From assembly GCA_964036045.1 (NCBI GenBank), contig OZ038378.1:54560001-54624000 (forward strand): DNA of 64,000 nucleotides. The letters run 5' to 3'. Below the pieces are notes generated by a model. The model was not told the DNA's origin. It saw only the letters and a list, made by a program, of their open reading frames with translations, and made no database searches. Below are positions 26,101 to 39,199 of this stretch, one piece after another (positions within the stretch are counted from its first letter, which is position 1; every line of letters starts with the position of its first letter). Origin of the DNA: Eutreptiella sp. 'Long Island Sound 2002' (Eukaryota; Protista; Euglenida). Both the position numbers and the translations under genes were made by a program.

Positions 26101-28320
26101 AAAAGCAGCGGTGTACCGCAACTAGTCCATTGCCCATGACGCCCGTGGAGTGTGGCAGTGTATTGCAGGGGTTCCACGGCCCACTTCCCCAAGGCAATAC
26201 GGGGGTGTACCGAAGGAGCTCCACGGCCCATTGCCCGAGGCAAGGCGGTGTAACGAAGGGTTTCCATTGCCCACTCCCCCTAGGCAGTATGGTAGTTACT
26301 GCAAGAGTTCCACACCCCATTGCCCCAAAGCACTGTGGTGGTGAACTCCAAGAGCTCCACCGCCAATGGCCCTTGGGCTCCGCAGTAGTGTGCCGCAAGA
26401 CTTCCACAACCCACTGCCGCAATGTAGTGCGGCACTACACCGCAAGGTTCCAACCACCCAGTGCATCATGGCGATGCACGGTCGTACCGAAGAAGTTCCA
26501 CGGCCCACTGCCCCAAGGCTATGTGGCAATGTACCGCAGGAGTACCACCGCCAAGGGCCCCGAAACAATGCAAGAGTGTACGGAACGGGTTCCACTAGCC
26601 AAAGCCCCAAGGCAGCGCGGCATTGCACCGCAAGAGTTCCAATGCCCACTGCCCCAAGAAAGTGTGGTAGTGTACCGCGGGAGTCCCACCGCCCAGTGCC
26701 TCATGGCAGTGCGGGATTGTAGCGAAGGAGTTCCACGGCCCATTGCCCAAAGAGCAGTGCGGCAATCTACCTCATTAATTCCACTGCCCAATGCCCCAAG
26801 GCAATGCGGCAATCAACCGCAAGGTACCATGTCCCGTTGCCCCAAGTAAATGTAGTGTACCAACGGAGTTCCACTGCCCATCGCAATCGCCCATCGCAAG
26901 TGCGGCAATGTACCGCAGGAGATCAACGGCCCACTGGCCACTGCCTTGAGGTATTGCGGCGGTGTCCACATGCATTTCCCTGCCCACTAGCCCCGCGGGT
27001 GCGGTGGTGTACTACAACATTTCCACTGCCCTGGGTCCCAAGGCAGTGTGGCAATGTACCGCCGCCATTCCACTGCCCACTAGCCCTAGGCCGTGAGGCT
27101 CCGTACCGGGCAAATTCGATTGCCCGAAATTGTTGGCATTGGGGCAATGTACCTAAGAAGTTCCATTGCCCACTGCGCCAAGGCAATGCAGTAGTCTACA
27201 GCAAAGATCCAAGGATCACTACCCCAAGGCAATGAGAGACTGTACCGAGGGAGTTCCACGTCCCACTGCTCCAAAGGAGGGCGGTGGTGTAGGGAAGGAG
27301 TTCCACTACCAATCGCCCCAAGCACTACAACAATGTAGGGCAAGAGTTCCAAGCCCGAGTGCCCCCAGGCTGTGCGGCGCTGCCCACTGCCGCCAAGCCA
27401 TCTGGTAGTGTAACGCAAGAGTTCCAGTGCCCACTGCCCGAAGGCGAGGTGGCTATGTACTAGAGGAGCTCCACTGCCCTCTGCCGCGAAGGAGCGTATG
27501 GGCCGTGCAACCGCTGTCGTAGACAACCGTACTGTCATGGGGCAGTGGGCAGTGGAAATTTTGCGACACCCACTGCTCACTGCCCTAAAGCAATACGGTA
27601 GTGTACCAAGGGAGTTCCACTGCCTAGGGCCCCCAAGCAGTGTGGCAATGTACCACATGCATTGCACTGCACAGTGCCCCAATGGCAATGCGGCAGTGTA
27701 CTGCAAGAGTGCCACTACCCATTGCCCCGAGGCAGTGCAACATTGTACCGCAACACTTCCACTGTCGTTTGCCACTAGGTAGTGTGGTGGTGCACCGCAG
27801 GTTCCACTGCGCAATGCCCCTAGGCAACGCGGCACACTACTACAGGACTCCGACTACCCTAGGCAATGCGGCAGTGTACCGTAGCGGTTCCATGCCCCAT
27901 TGCCCTAGACAGTGCGCCAACGTACGTGGAACGCTTGTGGTACTCCACCACCGCCCCAAGGCAACGTTGGAGTGTACCGAAGGAGTTCCCCTACCCCTTG
28001 CCCCCGGGTAGTGCGGCAGTGTAGTGAAGGATTTTCACTACCCACTGCCCCCAAGGTAGTGCGGCAGTGCACGTCAGGCGTTCCACTGCCCACTGCCCCA
28101 GGCTGGGCGGCGAGGCGGCAATGTACCGCAAATGTTCCACTTCCCACTATCACCAGGGAGGGCAGCACTATACTGCAGGAGTTCCACTGCCACTGCCCCC
28201 ACGAAGTGCGGCGGAGTACCGCAGGAGTCCGATTACCCATTGCCCAAAGGCACTCTGGCAATGTACCGCGGGAGTCGCACCGCCCACTGCCCCACATGGT
28301 TGCTGAGGCACTGTACCAAA
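20190..28320. repeat. Degenerate 47-bp satellite array, roughly 170 units, each an imperfect palindrome
   Basis: Consensus CCACTGCCCACTGCCCCAAGGCAGTGCGGCAGTGTACCGCAGGAGTT; CCCCAAGGCA-like cores at 21901, 21948 and 21995. Confidence 0.92.
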
Positions 28321-28923
28321 AGACACACCTCGAGAATATAACTCCTAGTAGCTTTTTCACGACAGTAGATCTATGCATGAGAGCAGAGAAGTATGAACGC
28401 GCTGTAGCCATCCACTTCAAGCAATGACGCACAAATTCTGCTACCCCAGCTCCGATAATTGTAGGCGCGGAAGGGCGAGCTTTCCGCTTTCTCTAAAGCA
28501 TCCACAATCGTCAGTGTGTGGCCATCCAAGACACCACACATTTTAAGTGCAGGCGCATTAATCGGGGACAGCTCTGGCATCGAAGCAAACCCAGCACATG
28601 CCAATGGAACTGCATATTGCTGGTACCCCAATTGTTGTATGTCTTAGTGGACACAATTCACCTGCACATGAATTCGCAGAAGTTGTTGGTCACACCCAGG
28701 TTTTTCTTAACCAGGGGGGGTGGGGTTGTAAACCCACCAACCCTATAATTCTGAGATAACCCCCCCCAAAAGGTGGGACGCACACTAGGAAGAACCCTGG
28801 GTCCCACACCGCGAAAATCTCGCTGGGGGGAAATTTCGCCACTTTTCTTAACGGCGAAATTTCCCCGCGAAATTCTCCCCTCCCGAAATCCCCCCCTCCC
28901 CTGTACAGCTTCCCAGTCATACG

Positions 28924-29537
28924 TAGGGGGAATGTTTGCCCGGCGCGCACCCGGTGTGCTACTTTTCGATTAACAACAAAGCGTGGTTTGTGAGTCCCTA
29001 ACCCCAACTCCAGGGACCACGCAAAAAAGCGTGGATTGTGAGTCCCTAACCCCAACTCCAGGGGCCACGCAACAAAGCCTGGATTGTGAGTCCCTGACCC
29101 CAACTCGAGGGGCCACGCAACAAAGCGTGGATTGTGAGTCCCTAACCCCAACTCGAGGGGCCACACAACAAAGCGTGGATTGTGAGTCCCTAACCCCGAT
29201 GGGAGAGGCCATGCAACAAAGCGTGGATTCAAAAATTGTCCCGGTTTCCTCACTTTCACCGGAAGGTTGGGTCCCAAAAGAGGGCGGAAACGCAACGTCA
29301 CCCCTGCATTCCCGGGGGTCCCCAACAAAGGAGACAAAATCAGAAGTCAAAATCTACGCTAGGGGTCACGCTGATGCTCCTAGTATCTCAAAGTGTGGGT
29401 CTCTAGTACAGCCAGGCGCCCAAATAGGTGCACTGTGCTAAGTGCGCCCCCTTAGTGCACCCCCTAAAAGGCCACTAGAGGGGCACGGGTCCAAAAAGAT
29501 GCCCGGCGCGCGCCCGGCGCGCTAACGTTCCCCCGTA
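28924..29537. mobile_element. Probable MITE with GGGGGAAYGTT inverted ends, TA-flanked, containing a 48-bp tandem repeat
   Basis: TAGGGGGAATGTTTGCCCGGCGCGC at 28924 versus GGCGCGCTAACGTTCCCCCGTA ending at 29537. Confidence 0.55.
28973..29230. repeat. 48-bp minisatellite, ~5 copies
   Basis: GCGTGGATTGTGAGTCCCTAACCCCAACTC..GGGGCCACGCAACAAA at 28981, 29029, 29077, 29125 and 29173. Confidence 0.95.
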
Positions 29538-32500
29538 AATGGGATATAAACTCACAAAAACAGGAGAGACAGAGTCACACTAAGATGACAGGTGGACACT
29601 CATCAGTGCATACTAACTCCCAGCCGCCCTGGGTGATGTAGAGCTTTGGATCTTAGTAAAAGCAGAAAAGCACACCCCCATGTGCATACATAAAAATTCA
29701 CAGACCCACGGAGACACGTGCGACCACAGTCAAAGATGGGCTCATTAACTGGAGATTGTTTCATGAGTGCATTCTGAGAATGAGTCACAAGTGCATACTG
29801 ACATGGATGGACTCATGAAAAACAACAGAGACAGACACATGAGGACACCAGTAGACACTCGCAAGTAAAGATCCAGATACACACAAATGGGAACAGAGAC
29901 ATACTACACACCAACGTTCACATATGGAGATTAACTCATGAAAACATAAGGAGACAGACTGACAGCACCGGCTGAATGTAGTGGATACAGATCAAACAGG
30001 TGAAAGTACATGTGGAGATGGGCTATTGGGTACATTACAACACAATTTCAGCCGCTAGTGGTGAGAGGCATGAGTGTAACTGAGACAGACCCACAAGAGA
30101 GTGCATAGGCTGGCTGGCACAAAGGGAGCTAGACTTACAGGTACATTGTAGACAGGGTAACAACATGCTCATGCTTGCAGGTTCTGTGTAATTGCGAGTC
30201 CGTCAACCTATCTACCTATTGCATGTCTCTTGTTTCTCACTATATCGAAAGTATCTGTAACTCAGGTTGTCTCTCGACATACTCGTAAATCTATCTACCT
30301 GTGCACTTGTTGTTCTGATGAGTCTCTTTCACGGTGTCATTCTGGGTGTGCCTTGCTGCGTACCAAGAGTCCACCTGCATGCGTAGTCTGGGACAAATGA
30401 GATTTGTCTTATCTCTCTATGTGTGAGTCGGTCATGAGTCTCTGAATATCTATTTGTCAACCAGTCCTGGTGTGCGCTCCCGGCCCTCTCAATATGTGTA
30501 TTTGTGAGCCAAAATGGGGACAACTGACGAGAAAATACATGCACGCCCATACCCATAAATACAGACACTGTCAAACTGCCAAATGCATGCAAAAACAGAC
30601 TCACATGTGCATACCAAGACAGACTGCCGAATATATGCAGGGACAGACTCTCCAGTACACAAGCAGGCAAACTCATCACGAAGTAGGGAGCCGGCAAGCA
30701 CACACAGAAGCACATAGATTGTGAACATCGACCAGTAAGGAATGCTCTGTGTGTCAGCACACCCTCCACCTCCAAGCGTGCCAGCATACCATCGGGCATG
30801 GTGAGGGATATTTGCCTGGTCTCAGGATCTACTTCTGGTATTGGACATTTGATAATTTGACAGTAGGAATTGAGGAGCGACATTGCCTGGGCCTCAGGTG
30901 TGAGAGTGACCTGAAGGCATGCGGTATACATTGTACATCAGGCCTACTTGGCAGCGGACTCTTCTCATGCAAAGTGTGCCAGACACCAATGATGTGTTGT
31001 CTGTGCACCAGCGAAGATTATGGTTGGTAGACATACGCAAAATCCAGAAATTATGGCAACCATGATATACCGTGGACCTTGGGGGGGGGCGGCTCTACCG
31101 GTTCCAGGACGCGATGCCGTGCACGCTATACCATGGACATGCCCACAGTATAGTGCTACCTGCGGTCCGAGAAGAACACCACTCAGAACGTCGGCCCAAC
31201 ATAAAGGTTCGTGTGTCTGTGTGCGCGCGTGTGTGCTCTGGGCAGGCCATTGCCCACTGGGGATCTTTCAAAGTTGCTGTGCAACCCCAGGGTAGTGCAC
31301 TGGAAGCTGATCATTGGATTCCATATGGTGTGTGCCAATGCCACCTGCTCCCGCCATCTGTGATACCAAGTGTGCACCAGGTGAATTCCTGGACAGTTCG
31401 TCCCAAAGGCTTCATACAGGGTTATGGTTCAGTGTCTGTTTATCCAAGAATGTTGACTGGTCCCTTGTGCTATGGTGTCTCATCACCACGTCCTGCCACT
31501 TAGGAGAGCAATTTCGGCCCTGACCTCCACCACATACATTTGAGGTGTATAATTAATTGTGAGGATCCCTCATTTACCGATGGACAACTTGTGATCCCTC
31601 ACAGCTCCATCCCTTGGGAAGCCAATGAAGCAAACCATGTGATTATGTATGACAATGTATCCGATATTAGCAAACGCGCCTACTTTTACAGCGAGCCCCC
31701 CCCCCCCCCCGACAGTTCAGGGATGTCTGCCGGCCCTGGTACCTCACTGTTTCTACAACCTTGTATGGCCCTCGAAAGCTGCAAAGGGCGGTGCAGCTGA
31801 CACAGGCAGCACTACAGTGTCAAAGAATACAGCAGCAAAAAAATTGGCAACAGGTGTCTTCAAGCAAGCCCATCCACGACACAAAGGGGGGGTGCACACT
31901 ATCCCGCACCCACAATGCACTGCATTCTTCACCTTGGTCTCCAGCCGAGTGCAAGCACCCCTGACCCAGACCTGCGACCAGCTCCCAACCCTGAACCACC
32001 CCTGACTGACTCTGTTTCCATATGCCATAACCGGCAACCCAGAACCAGCACCAAGCAATCCTGTTGACCTCGACTTTCTGTCTTTTGATGGCATCCAAGC
32101 GTGCAGTGGCATCGGCCTTTGACACCTCCTTTTTAATGGTTTCGTAATCCTCTGCATCAGGAAAAATTTGCTTCAGCAGCTGATGGCACGCTTCCTTGCG
32201 CACAGTTTGCAGCTCTGCGCCCTCCACATATGCAAAATAGGGCATCTCCTGCATCCAGAAATAAAGGCAGTAAGTGTTGCTTTGGTGGTGAAGGAGACAA
32301 GGCGCTAGCAACTATCTGTGCTGTTCGCAAAGCGACCCGGAAGACAGAACAGAGGGAATCAAACTCAGAAACAGGAATGTGGACAAACTCAGGAATAAGG
32401 GAGGAGGACTAGTGAAAAATGTAACTCGTGTAAAAAAATTTGTCAAGTCGTGTAATTTTTGTTGCGGCAAACGCGTGAAATTTTTTTGGCGGTAAATCGT

Positions 32501-32989
32501 GTAAATTATGAAAAGAAAATGAATTGTTTTTTTTTGCGGTAAGTTGTGTAAATTTTTTAAAAAAAATCTAAAAATTGAAAGAAATGCAACTTTCGCAACA
32601 CATGCGCAAGATGTACAATTGCCCTTTCCGTACGGCACCCCATAGTGACCTTAGCGATGGGAAGCTGAGTCCACAAAAAAAGCACCAAGTACCGTGTGTG
32701 GCCACCAATTAGTTGGGACTCGGCCAATATAAGATAGTACCACATGGTGTCATTGGCACTAGAAACAAAATCAGGCTCAAGAGAAGAGTGACAAGGCGCC
32801 AACGTTTGTGCCACTGTTATAGGCCACCAAGGCAAGAGGATGGGGCTAATACAATAGTATGCTTATACGCTCCAACAATGGTACACCAAAAAGGCGGAGG
32901 AAAAAATAAAGTAGTGAAAAAGCTACGCAACATGCACACGCTACAAGCAATTTGCAGAATGCACCCTTGTAGATGAGGTCAACCATGAC

Positions 32990-33170
32990 GAAGCGTGGGG
33001 GTCCATCACTGCAACGCTTCAGAGCGGGGGACAAAATCAGCAATGGCCCACAAGTGGGCTTGGTGGCTACATAACCCCTGCCATCTTTGTGGTCCGCAAC
33101 ACTTCACAATGGGGGAAAAAATCAGCAGTGGCCGACAAGTGGACCTGGCGGCTAGATAACCCTGTACCCT
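32990..33170 (+). repeat. Two diverged units of the 85-bp repeat family also found at 49581-49910
   Basis: CGCTTCAGAGCGGGGGACAAAATCAGCAATGGCCCACAAGTGGG..GGCTACATAACCCCTGCC. Confidence 0.8.
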
Positions 33171-33414
33171 TCGTGAACGGGGCTTAAGTGGTCGTTTGAA
33201 TGGAGCGCGTGAGCTCTTGCGAATTTGTCCAAATTTTGATATTTTGGGTTCCATATGAGGTTGGTGGAGGGTCAAATCTCATGCCACAGTTTCATTCTGC
33301 ATCATCTAGCAAAGTCCCGCCCCAAACGGACCCAACACGGCCAAAAGCTACCCAAAACCGTAAGTGGCAAAACGTGGCATTGCTAACTGGATGGCGGATA
33401 CACTAATTCGCACG

Positions 33415-33450
33415 AATTCATACAAACTTTACATGAAGTTTGTATGAATT
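33415..33450. other. Perfect 15-bp-stem AT-rich hairpin, followed by a second near-palindrome
   Basis: AATTCATACAAACTT-TACATG-AAGTTTGTATGAATT. Confidence 0.9.
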
Positions 33451-33519
33451 TCATACAAATTTGTACGAATTTTCTTCACATTTTCCCCAAAATACCTCAA
33501 CCACCCACCGTAGACGCCT

Positions 33520-34300
33520 ATGTTTTGTGTGTGTTGGGGGCGGGGCTGACTGGGTGGATGTGTGGGTGGCCGTGTGCGTGTTTATGCGCCGCGGTGGGTG
33601 GATGGGGGGGGGGGATGCATGGGTCGGTGTGGATGTGTGGGTGTGTGGGTGTGCGGGTGGTTGTGTATGTGGGTGTGGACACGTGTATCTATGTGTGTGG
33701 GGTTGGGTGGGTGCGTGGTTTGTGAGGGCGGTTGAGGAGTTGTGGATGCGTTGGTGGCTATGTGTGTGTGGTTGTAAATGTTTGTGTGTGTGTGTGTGCG
33801 TGCGTGTTTGCATGTGCATGCATGGGTGCGTGTGTGGTCAAGTGCATGCACGGGTGGGTGCTGATGGGTTTGTGGCTTGCATGTGGGTATGTGGGTGTGG
33901 GTGCCCCATGCCTAGGTTTGTGGGTGTCAGTGTGGGTGTGTTGGGAGTGTATTTGTGTGTCCACATGTGTGTGGGTGTGGGTGTGTGTGCGGTGTGTGTG
34001 GCTGTGTGTGGGTGTGTTTGTGTGTGGGTGGATGTATGAATGGCTGTTTGTTTCTGGGTGTGGGCGTGCATCTTTGTGTGGGTGTGTGTGAGGAATGTCG
34101 GGGCCACCCACCGACATATACGCACAAACACACCCACGGCAACCAAAATACACACTCACACAGAGACACACACACGTACAAACACACCCTTCCCGCACTT
34201 CACACCAACATGCACGCACACACACACACACAACCACACACCCAACTACACATGGACACACCCACGCACCATGCGAACACGTCGAACGCTCACACGCAAA
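33520..34300. repeat. Degenerate (GT)-rich tract followed by a (CA)-rich tract; the opposite order occurs at 36030-36330
   Basis: Base composition read directly. Confidence 0.85.
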
Positions 34301-34699
34301 ACCCCTGTGGATGGCTGTGCACAGGCGGGCACTGCACGCGAAGACTCCTCTTCGGGCCAGCAACAAGAACAGGGAAGACATGTAGAAAATCATGGAGGCT
34401 AGGCACCGTTTTGGAGGTACATTCGAAGGGGTGGAAGAAGACGAATCAGCGGTGCAGCCGTCCAGAGCGCACTGGCTTCCGTCTCACCCTGAAGGCAAAC
34501 AAGGTCATTTCAAAACCCTTGACGGCACCCCGCATAAAGGGAGGGAAGGAGTTCTCGGGTATTCCCCACCGGACGAATACTTCAATTTCGATTTTTACGG
34601 AGGGAGGAGTATGGGGAGGGATTTAGCCTAGGACGCACCCGTCCTGTCACACACACCTACCCTGCTTCAAAATGCTGAAGTCCCGGCATCGCACCCCTG

Positions 34700-36720
34700 T
34701 GATGTCCCTAGGGGATACTTCTTCGGGAATCATCCATGTGGAGTATACATCCCCCCTCCAGTGGGCATTTCCCTGTTAGGGGCGCAGACTCGTCGCAAAT
34801 GACAGCAACATGGTAGAGGGAGAAGGGCCACGCCCTGATGCACAAATGCAGCAGTATTGGTACTATAATGCGTGGTGTCACCGTATACACGTTGACTCGC
34901 GTTGTGCATGTGACACAACACATGTTGCCTTTCATACCCACATAGAACAGCAATCTGGCACCACGCCATGGCGGACAACAGTTGCCCTCCCCATGTGGCA
35001 CACCACGGGATGCTAAATGCTAGTACACTGGAAAAGCTGGATTTCAAGTAGCTCGTGGGCTGTGTCACTTGTGTGCATAGTGAGGGGCCCAATTTGAGTG
35101 CCCAGTGTGGTGTGAGCGAGGAGGGTTGCAAGTGAGCCATACCCTGCCAAATCGTAGACGATACAAGCCGTATCCCACCACTTGTGTTTCATGCCTCAAG
35201 CTATGTGTAGGTGCAGAACTCATCACAATCATGGACTACCCTGAATCCCCAACATTCTTGAAGCATGGTGCACACTCGGCGCACCAATTAGACCTCTAGT
35301 GAGTCAGGGTTGGTGGATGCAAGCAACATGTTATCCCTAAGCTGACACGGGCCGACAGTCCCTTTTTCATTCACCCACAAATCGAACCCTTCGTCTCAGA
35401 CCAGTTCCCCCGGTCCCCTGAAACGGTGTTTGCCCTCATACACACCCCATGCACTGTGCAGGTCTGCAATCTGTGTAGAGAATGATCCACCCACTAGTAT
35501 GCAGCGCACGCGGTGCTTGCGTTCCACCGCCGCCGAAACACGAATGTTTCCTATCAACTCGAAAGACATCATTGTTACCAAATCTTTACGGCTACGGGAC
35601 CAGAATGTGCCTGATGCACCCTTTCTAGCTCTGTCTGGTTTGCGGCGGTCCCTATGGATGACCATATCAACTCACACACACGCCACCATTTGAGATGAGT
35701 GGGCCATTGCGAGGCTTGTTCCAAGTGGCCGACCACTTGTGCTGGTTTGAGGTTATCAAATTGGTACTTGCACTCACATTCTGTGATGTATTTGGCGCCT
35801 ATATTGTCCAGATAGCGGAACAACGAGCTGAATTCGGACTATCTGTAAAAAAAATTCTTGCGGCTTTGCCGCTGACGAAATGTAGAAAGGTGGTCATGGC
35901 CTATGCTGCAATGCGGACGGATCGCTAGTTTATCAGGGGGCGGGGAATGGCGCAGATGCCCCACCACAAGCAATCTCCTTTGGAAAGACATTTTGCTTTA
36001 CCGAACAGATACATGGAACAGCCACGCACGACCCACACACACCCAGACCCACACACACCCACATACCCACGTGCACGAACCCATCCACACACATCCACAT
36101 ACAATGCCCCCCCCCCCCCACCCAACACACACACCTAACCACGACACATCCACTGTGCAGTTGTGTGTGTGGGTGTGCGGGTGGGTCGTTTGTGGGTATG
36201 GGTGGGGTGGTTTTCATTTCATTGAGCGTACACGTGTGTTTGTGTGTGTGTGTGTGTATGCGGGGTTTGGGGGGGGGGGTAGAGAAGTGCGTGGGCTGTG
36301 GGGACGTGGGTGCATGTTAATGTGGTGTTGGTATACCTTTCCAGCGAGTGTCTTGCAAAAAGGGTAGGAACTTGGTACTCAAAGTTCTTCACATATGGAA
36401 ATGTCAATGAGGGTGTTAGGAATTTTGCACCAACTTCTTACAAAGATCGAACAATTAACACAAATTTGCACCATGTTTGCACAGAAGTGACAGAAGATTC
36501 TTTTCCGGTGACAGCAATGGGTTTGTGCAGAATGGTGCACCAGCAGTAGAGCGGCAAGAGCTGGAAACTAGTGCCTTTGCTTGGGTGCAATATAGTCGCT
36601 CGTTTGTTTTTTGTGTTTTGCAAGATAAATGGATGCAAACGCGTTTGCGGTGTTCGGGACTTCAAGTGGTTAGACGGGTTGTGTTGCAGGGTGTAGGTAG
36701 CAAATACCAAGTAGTTCGTC
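34700..36720 (-). mobile_element. Degenerate Penelope-like (or related) reverse transcriptase
   Basis: ECECKYQFDNLKPAQVVGHLEQASQW (RT motif A-like); ILVGGSFSTQIADLHSAW (motif B-like); PCQLRDNMLL (YxDD-like); multiple stops. Confidence 0.6.
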
Positions 36721-36869
36721 TAGCATTGTAGGTGGAGTTGGGGTGCGTTGCGCCTAGACACCTACGTTAAAACTAATATGGTTAAATCCAATTTTTGACA
36801 CCTGAACACTGGTAAAAATCAACAAGCCAAAAATTAACACGTTAAAGCACTTTTGGCTCAAGTCAACCG

Positions 36870-37655
36870 ATTTGTTTGTGCGTGCTTTGTGCCCCCTTCA
36901 GGTGCTTGCGTGGTCAAAGGGTGCCCAACGGCATACTACAAGAGTTGTGTAGTGCCTAAGGTCTGTACGCCCACACATCCCTGTCCGGTTCCCCCACCCA
37001 CCGCACTCCCAACCACCTTTTCCCCTTGTGTAGCTCTTGTCGTGCCTTTCTCTCGACAAACCCTTCTTGAGCTTGGCATGTGGCTTACACATTTGAGTGG
37101 GGCCAAGAGTTTGCGTCGCCCTTTGGTCTAGCAAGTCTTTGGTGAGTGGGTGGCCTCATTGCTTTTGGCCAGGGCCCGGTGGTACGAGCCCACTGAGGTC
37201 GCCCCGCTACCCCTCATCCACAAAAAGCAAATAGAGGCCGTGAAAGCTTTGTCCTCTTCCCGGCGTCCGAATTGATCGGGCCACTTATGGATTGGACCGT
37301 CCCCAAGAGTGGGTTCTGGCATGTGTGGGAGTTCATGAGTCGCGCGGGGGGGGGGGGGGGGGCTCGCTTACCCAGCCGCAATGGGCCTCCCACCCACGAC
37401 CCATCCCTTCGCATGTCCACCTTACCGGCTCCTCAGCCACAGCTCACAGGGGCGCTCACCGGCCTATTTGTGGCTGGTTGCAATGGCCGTGTGCAGGGAC
37501 AGAAAGATGGCTGCATTAGCGATTGCATGGGCCGAAAACTTGCAGGTATACGGCCGCTTGGTTGTTTGCTCAATTTTGCGGTAGTTTGCGTTAATATTCA
37601 ATATTTGGCACATATCAATGGAAAGTGAAGAATTGACTTAATATTAACGGCCGAA
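36870..37655 (+). mobile_element. Truncated, internally deleted relative of the element D transposase 5' exon
   Basis: PCVALVVPFSRQTL..LSGAKSLRRPLV and SPAYLWLVAMAVCRDRKMAALAIAWAENLQ|GT, with the same intron position as 16588. Confidence 0.85.
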
Positions 37656-38049
37656 AGTTATTGTAAAAAGGAAACATGGCTGTTCTTTTGGTGGGTATCG
37701 CAGCAAGTGTATGCACAGCTGCGAGATGTGGTGTTGGGCAACACGGTGGGTTACCCGTGTCTTGCTTATCAAGGCTGACCAACCCCTCATGCGACGAGTC
37801 ATTGGTGTCCTCCAAAATGTGCTCGATGTCCTAAATAGAGAGCATTGATGAACCTTTTTTTGTTGTGATCTTCCAAGACACACACACACACATACACAAA
37901 TAGACACACTCACAAAAAATGATATTGGCAGGCCCGCACATCCATCTTCTCCCACGCACATCCCTCCTTCCTTGTTCTTGTGTCCTCCCCTTACCCAAGC
38001 GGTTAAGGTGAGGGAGGGTATGCCTTTTATTTTGGATGATTTGATTTGA

Positions 38050-38870
38050 CTTGATTGTGCGGTTATTTGAGCATTGGCACGTTACCAGGTGTGTTATTCC
38101 GTCCTTTATAATGCGACCCCCCCCCAACCCGCCAAATGCTGCTGTGGTGTGCTGGAGTTTGGTCCGTAGGGTTGTGGTGTATGGGGGTGTGGCGAAGGCA
38201 CAGTTACCAGAAGGCAATGGCCGGGACGTCTACCCACTTGTACATGTAACCGGGAGGGCTCTGCGGGTAGCGTACACACTGTGGGTAAGTGTGTGGATAT
38301 TGGCAGAAAGAGGAGACCAGGGGAAACTTGGAGGTCCCCCATAAGGCGATTGCCGCTTGCCTAGAAGCTCCCGCTGGACTCCCTCTCTTTCCGCCAGCTG
38401 GTGTAGGCGCAGCCCCTACAACACCCACGCCATTGCGCTGTTTGATCCCAAGAGGGCCTTATGCAACGCGCCACTCGCCTTGGCGTGGGCGTACCAGACT
38501 CGGATGGACTCCTTGGTGACATGGCGCAAGAACTCGGTCCCCAGTGTTTGGGGTCCAGAGCACTCCATGTGGGCCCGCTGCATGGAGGAGGTGCGCAGCG
38601 CTACCGCCCACTGTTCCAGAATAGCCGGCTCCCACAGTTGTTTACGCACCGACACAGCCCGACTCCCCACCTTCTGGTCTGACCAGTCCGCGAGTCGCGG
38701 GTGAGCCGGCCTCCACACCTGCTACCAGGCCCAGCAGGCCCAGAGGGGGGGTAGCCATCCACTGCCATCTCATCGGCACTGATTTACTCCGGCTCGTCTG
38801 CCTCCCTAGCACAAGCAGCCTTTTCCACCTGGATCGTGTCAACCCTCTTGTCACTGAGGTGCCAAACATC
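38050..38870 (-). mobile_element. Degenerate non-LTR retrotransposon fragment, RNase H-like
   Basis: AVALRTSSMQRAHMECSGPQTLGTEF resembles the GPQT..RAE RNase H segment; stops present. Confidence 0.4.
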
Positions 38871-39199
38871 CCATTACATATCTTCGGGGGAGTGACAATG
38901 CCTCAGTTGCTCGGGTGCACACAACAGTTCTCCGCCAAGGCGGCGACTGCACCTCACATGGATCCGTGATCCGTCAATATATATTCTATTACATCATATA
39001 TATATATATATATATATGTATATTCAATGATAATACGATAAGGCCAAAAGTAGGGGTCCCGCAAACAGCTGCGGGACCCCGAGGGCAATGCGGAATGGTG
39101 CACCAAATCAAGGTCACCAACCCTATAGAAAGCATGACGCCGTAGGCGATTCCTCTTGGTTACCTCACGTTCACGAACGTGTTTGAGGTTAGTAGTAGC

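Noticed and set aside
20190-28320. CRISPR array or repetitive protein gene
   Set aside because: No unique spacers and no cas genes; the 47-bp period is not a multiple of 3, and the many short Cys/Pro-rich ORFs are artefacts.
20190-28320. CACTG/CAGTG in the satellite as RSS heptamer mimics
   Set aside because: The consensus is CACTGCC, not CACAGTG, and there is no nonamer or 12/23 spacing.
28973-29230. Telomeric repeats (CCCTAA) or a 16-aa repeat protein
   Set aside because: Only one CCCTAA per 48-bp unit, and the ORF is a by-product of the minisatellite.
33440-34393. Long Cys/Val-rich and His/Thr-rich ORFs
   Set aside because: They are translations of GT and CA microsatellite-like tracts; the same applies at 4366-5248 and 35925-36407.
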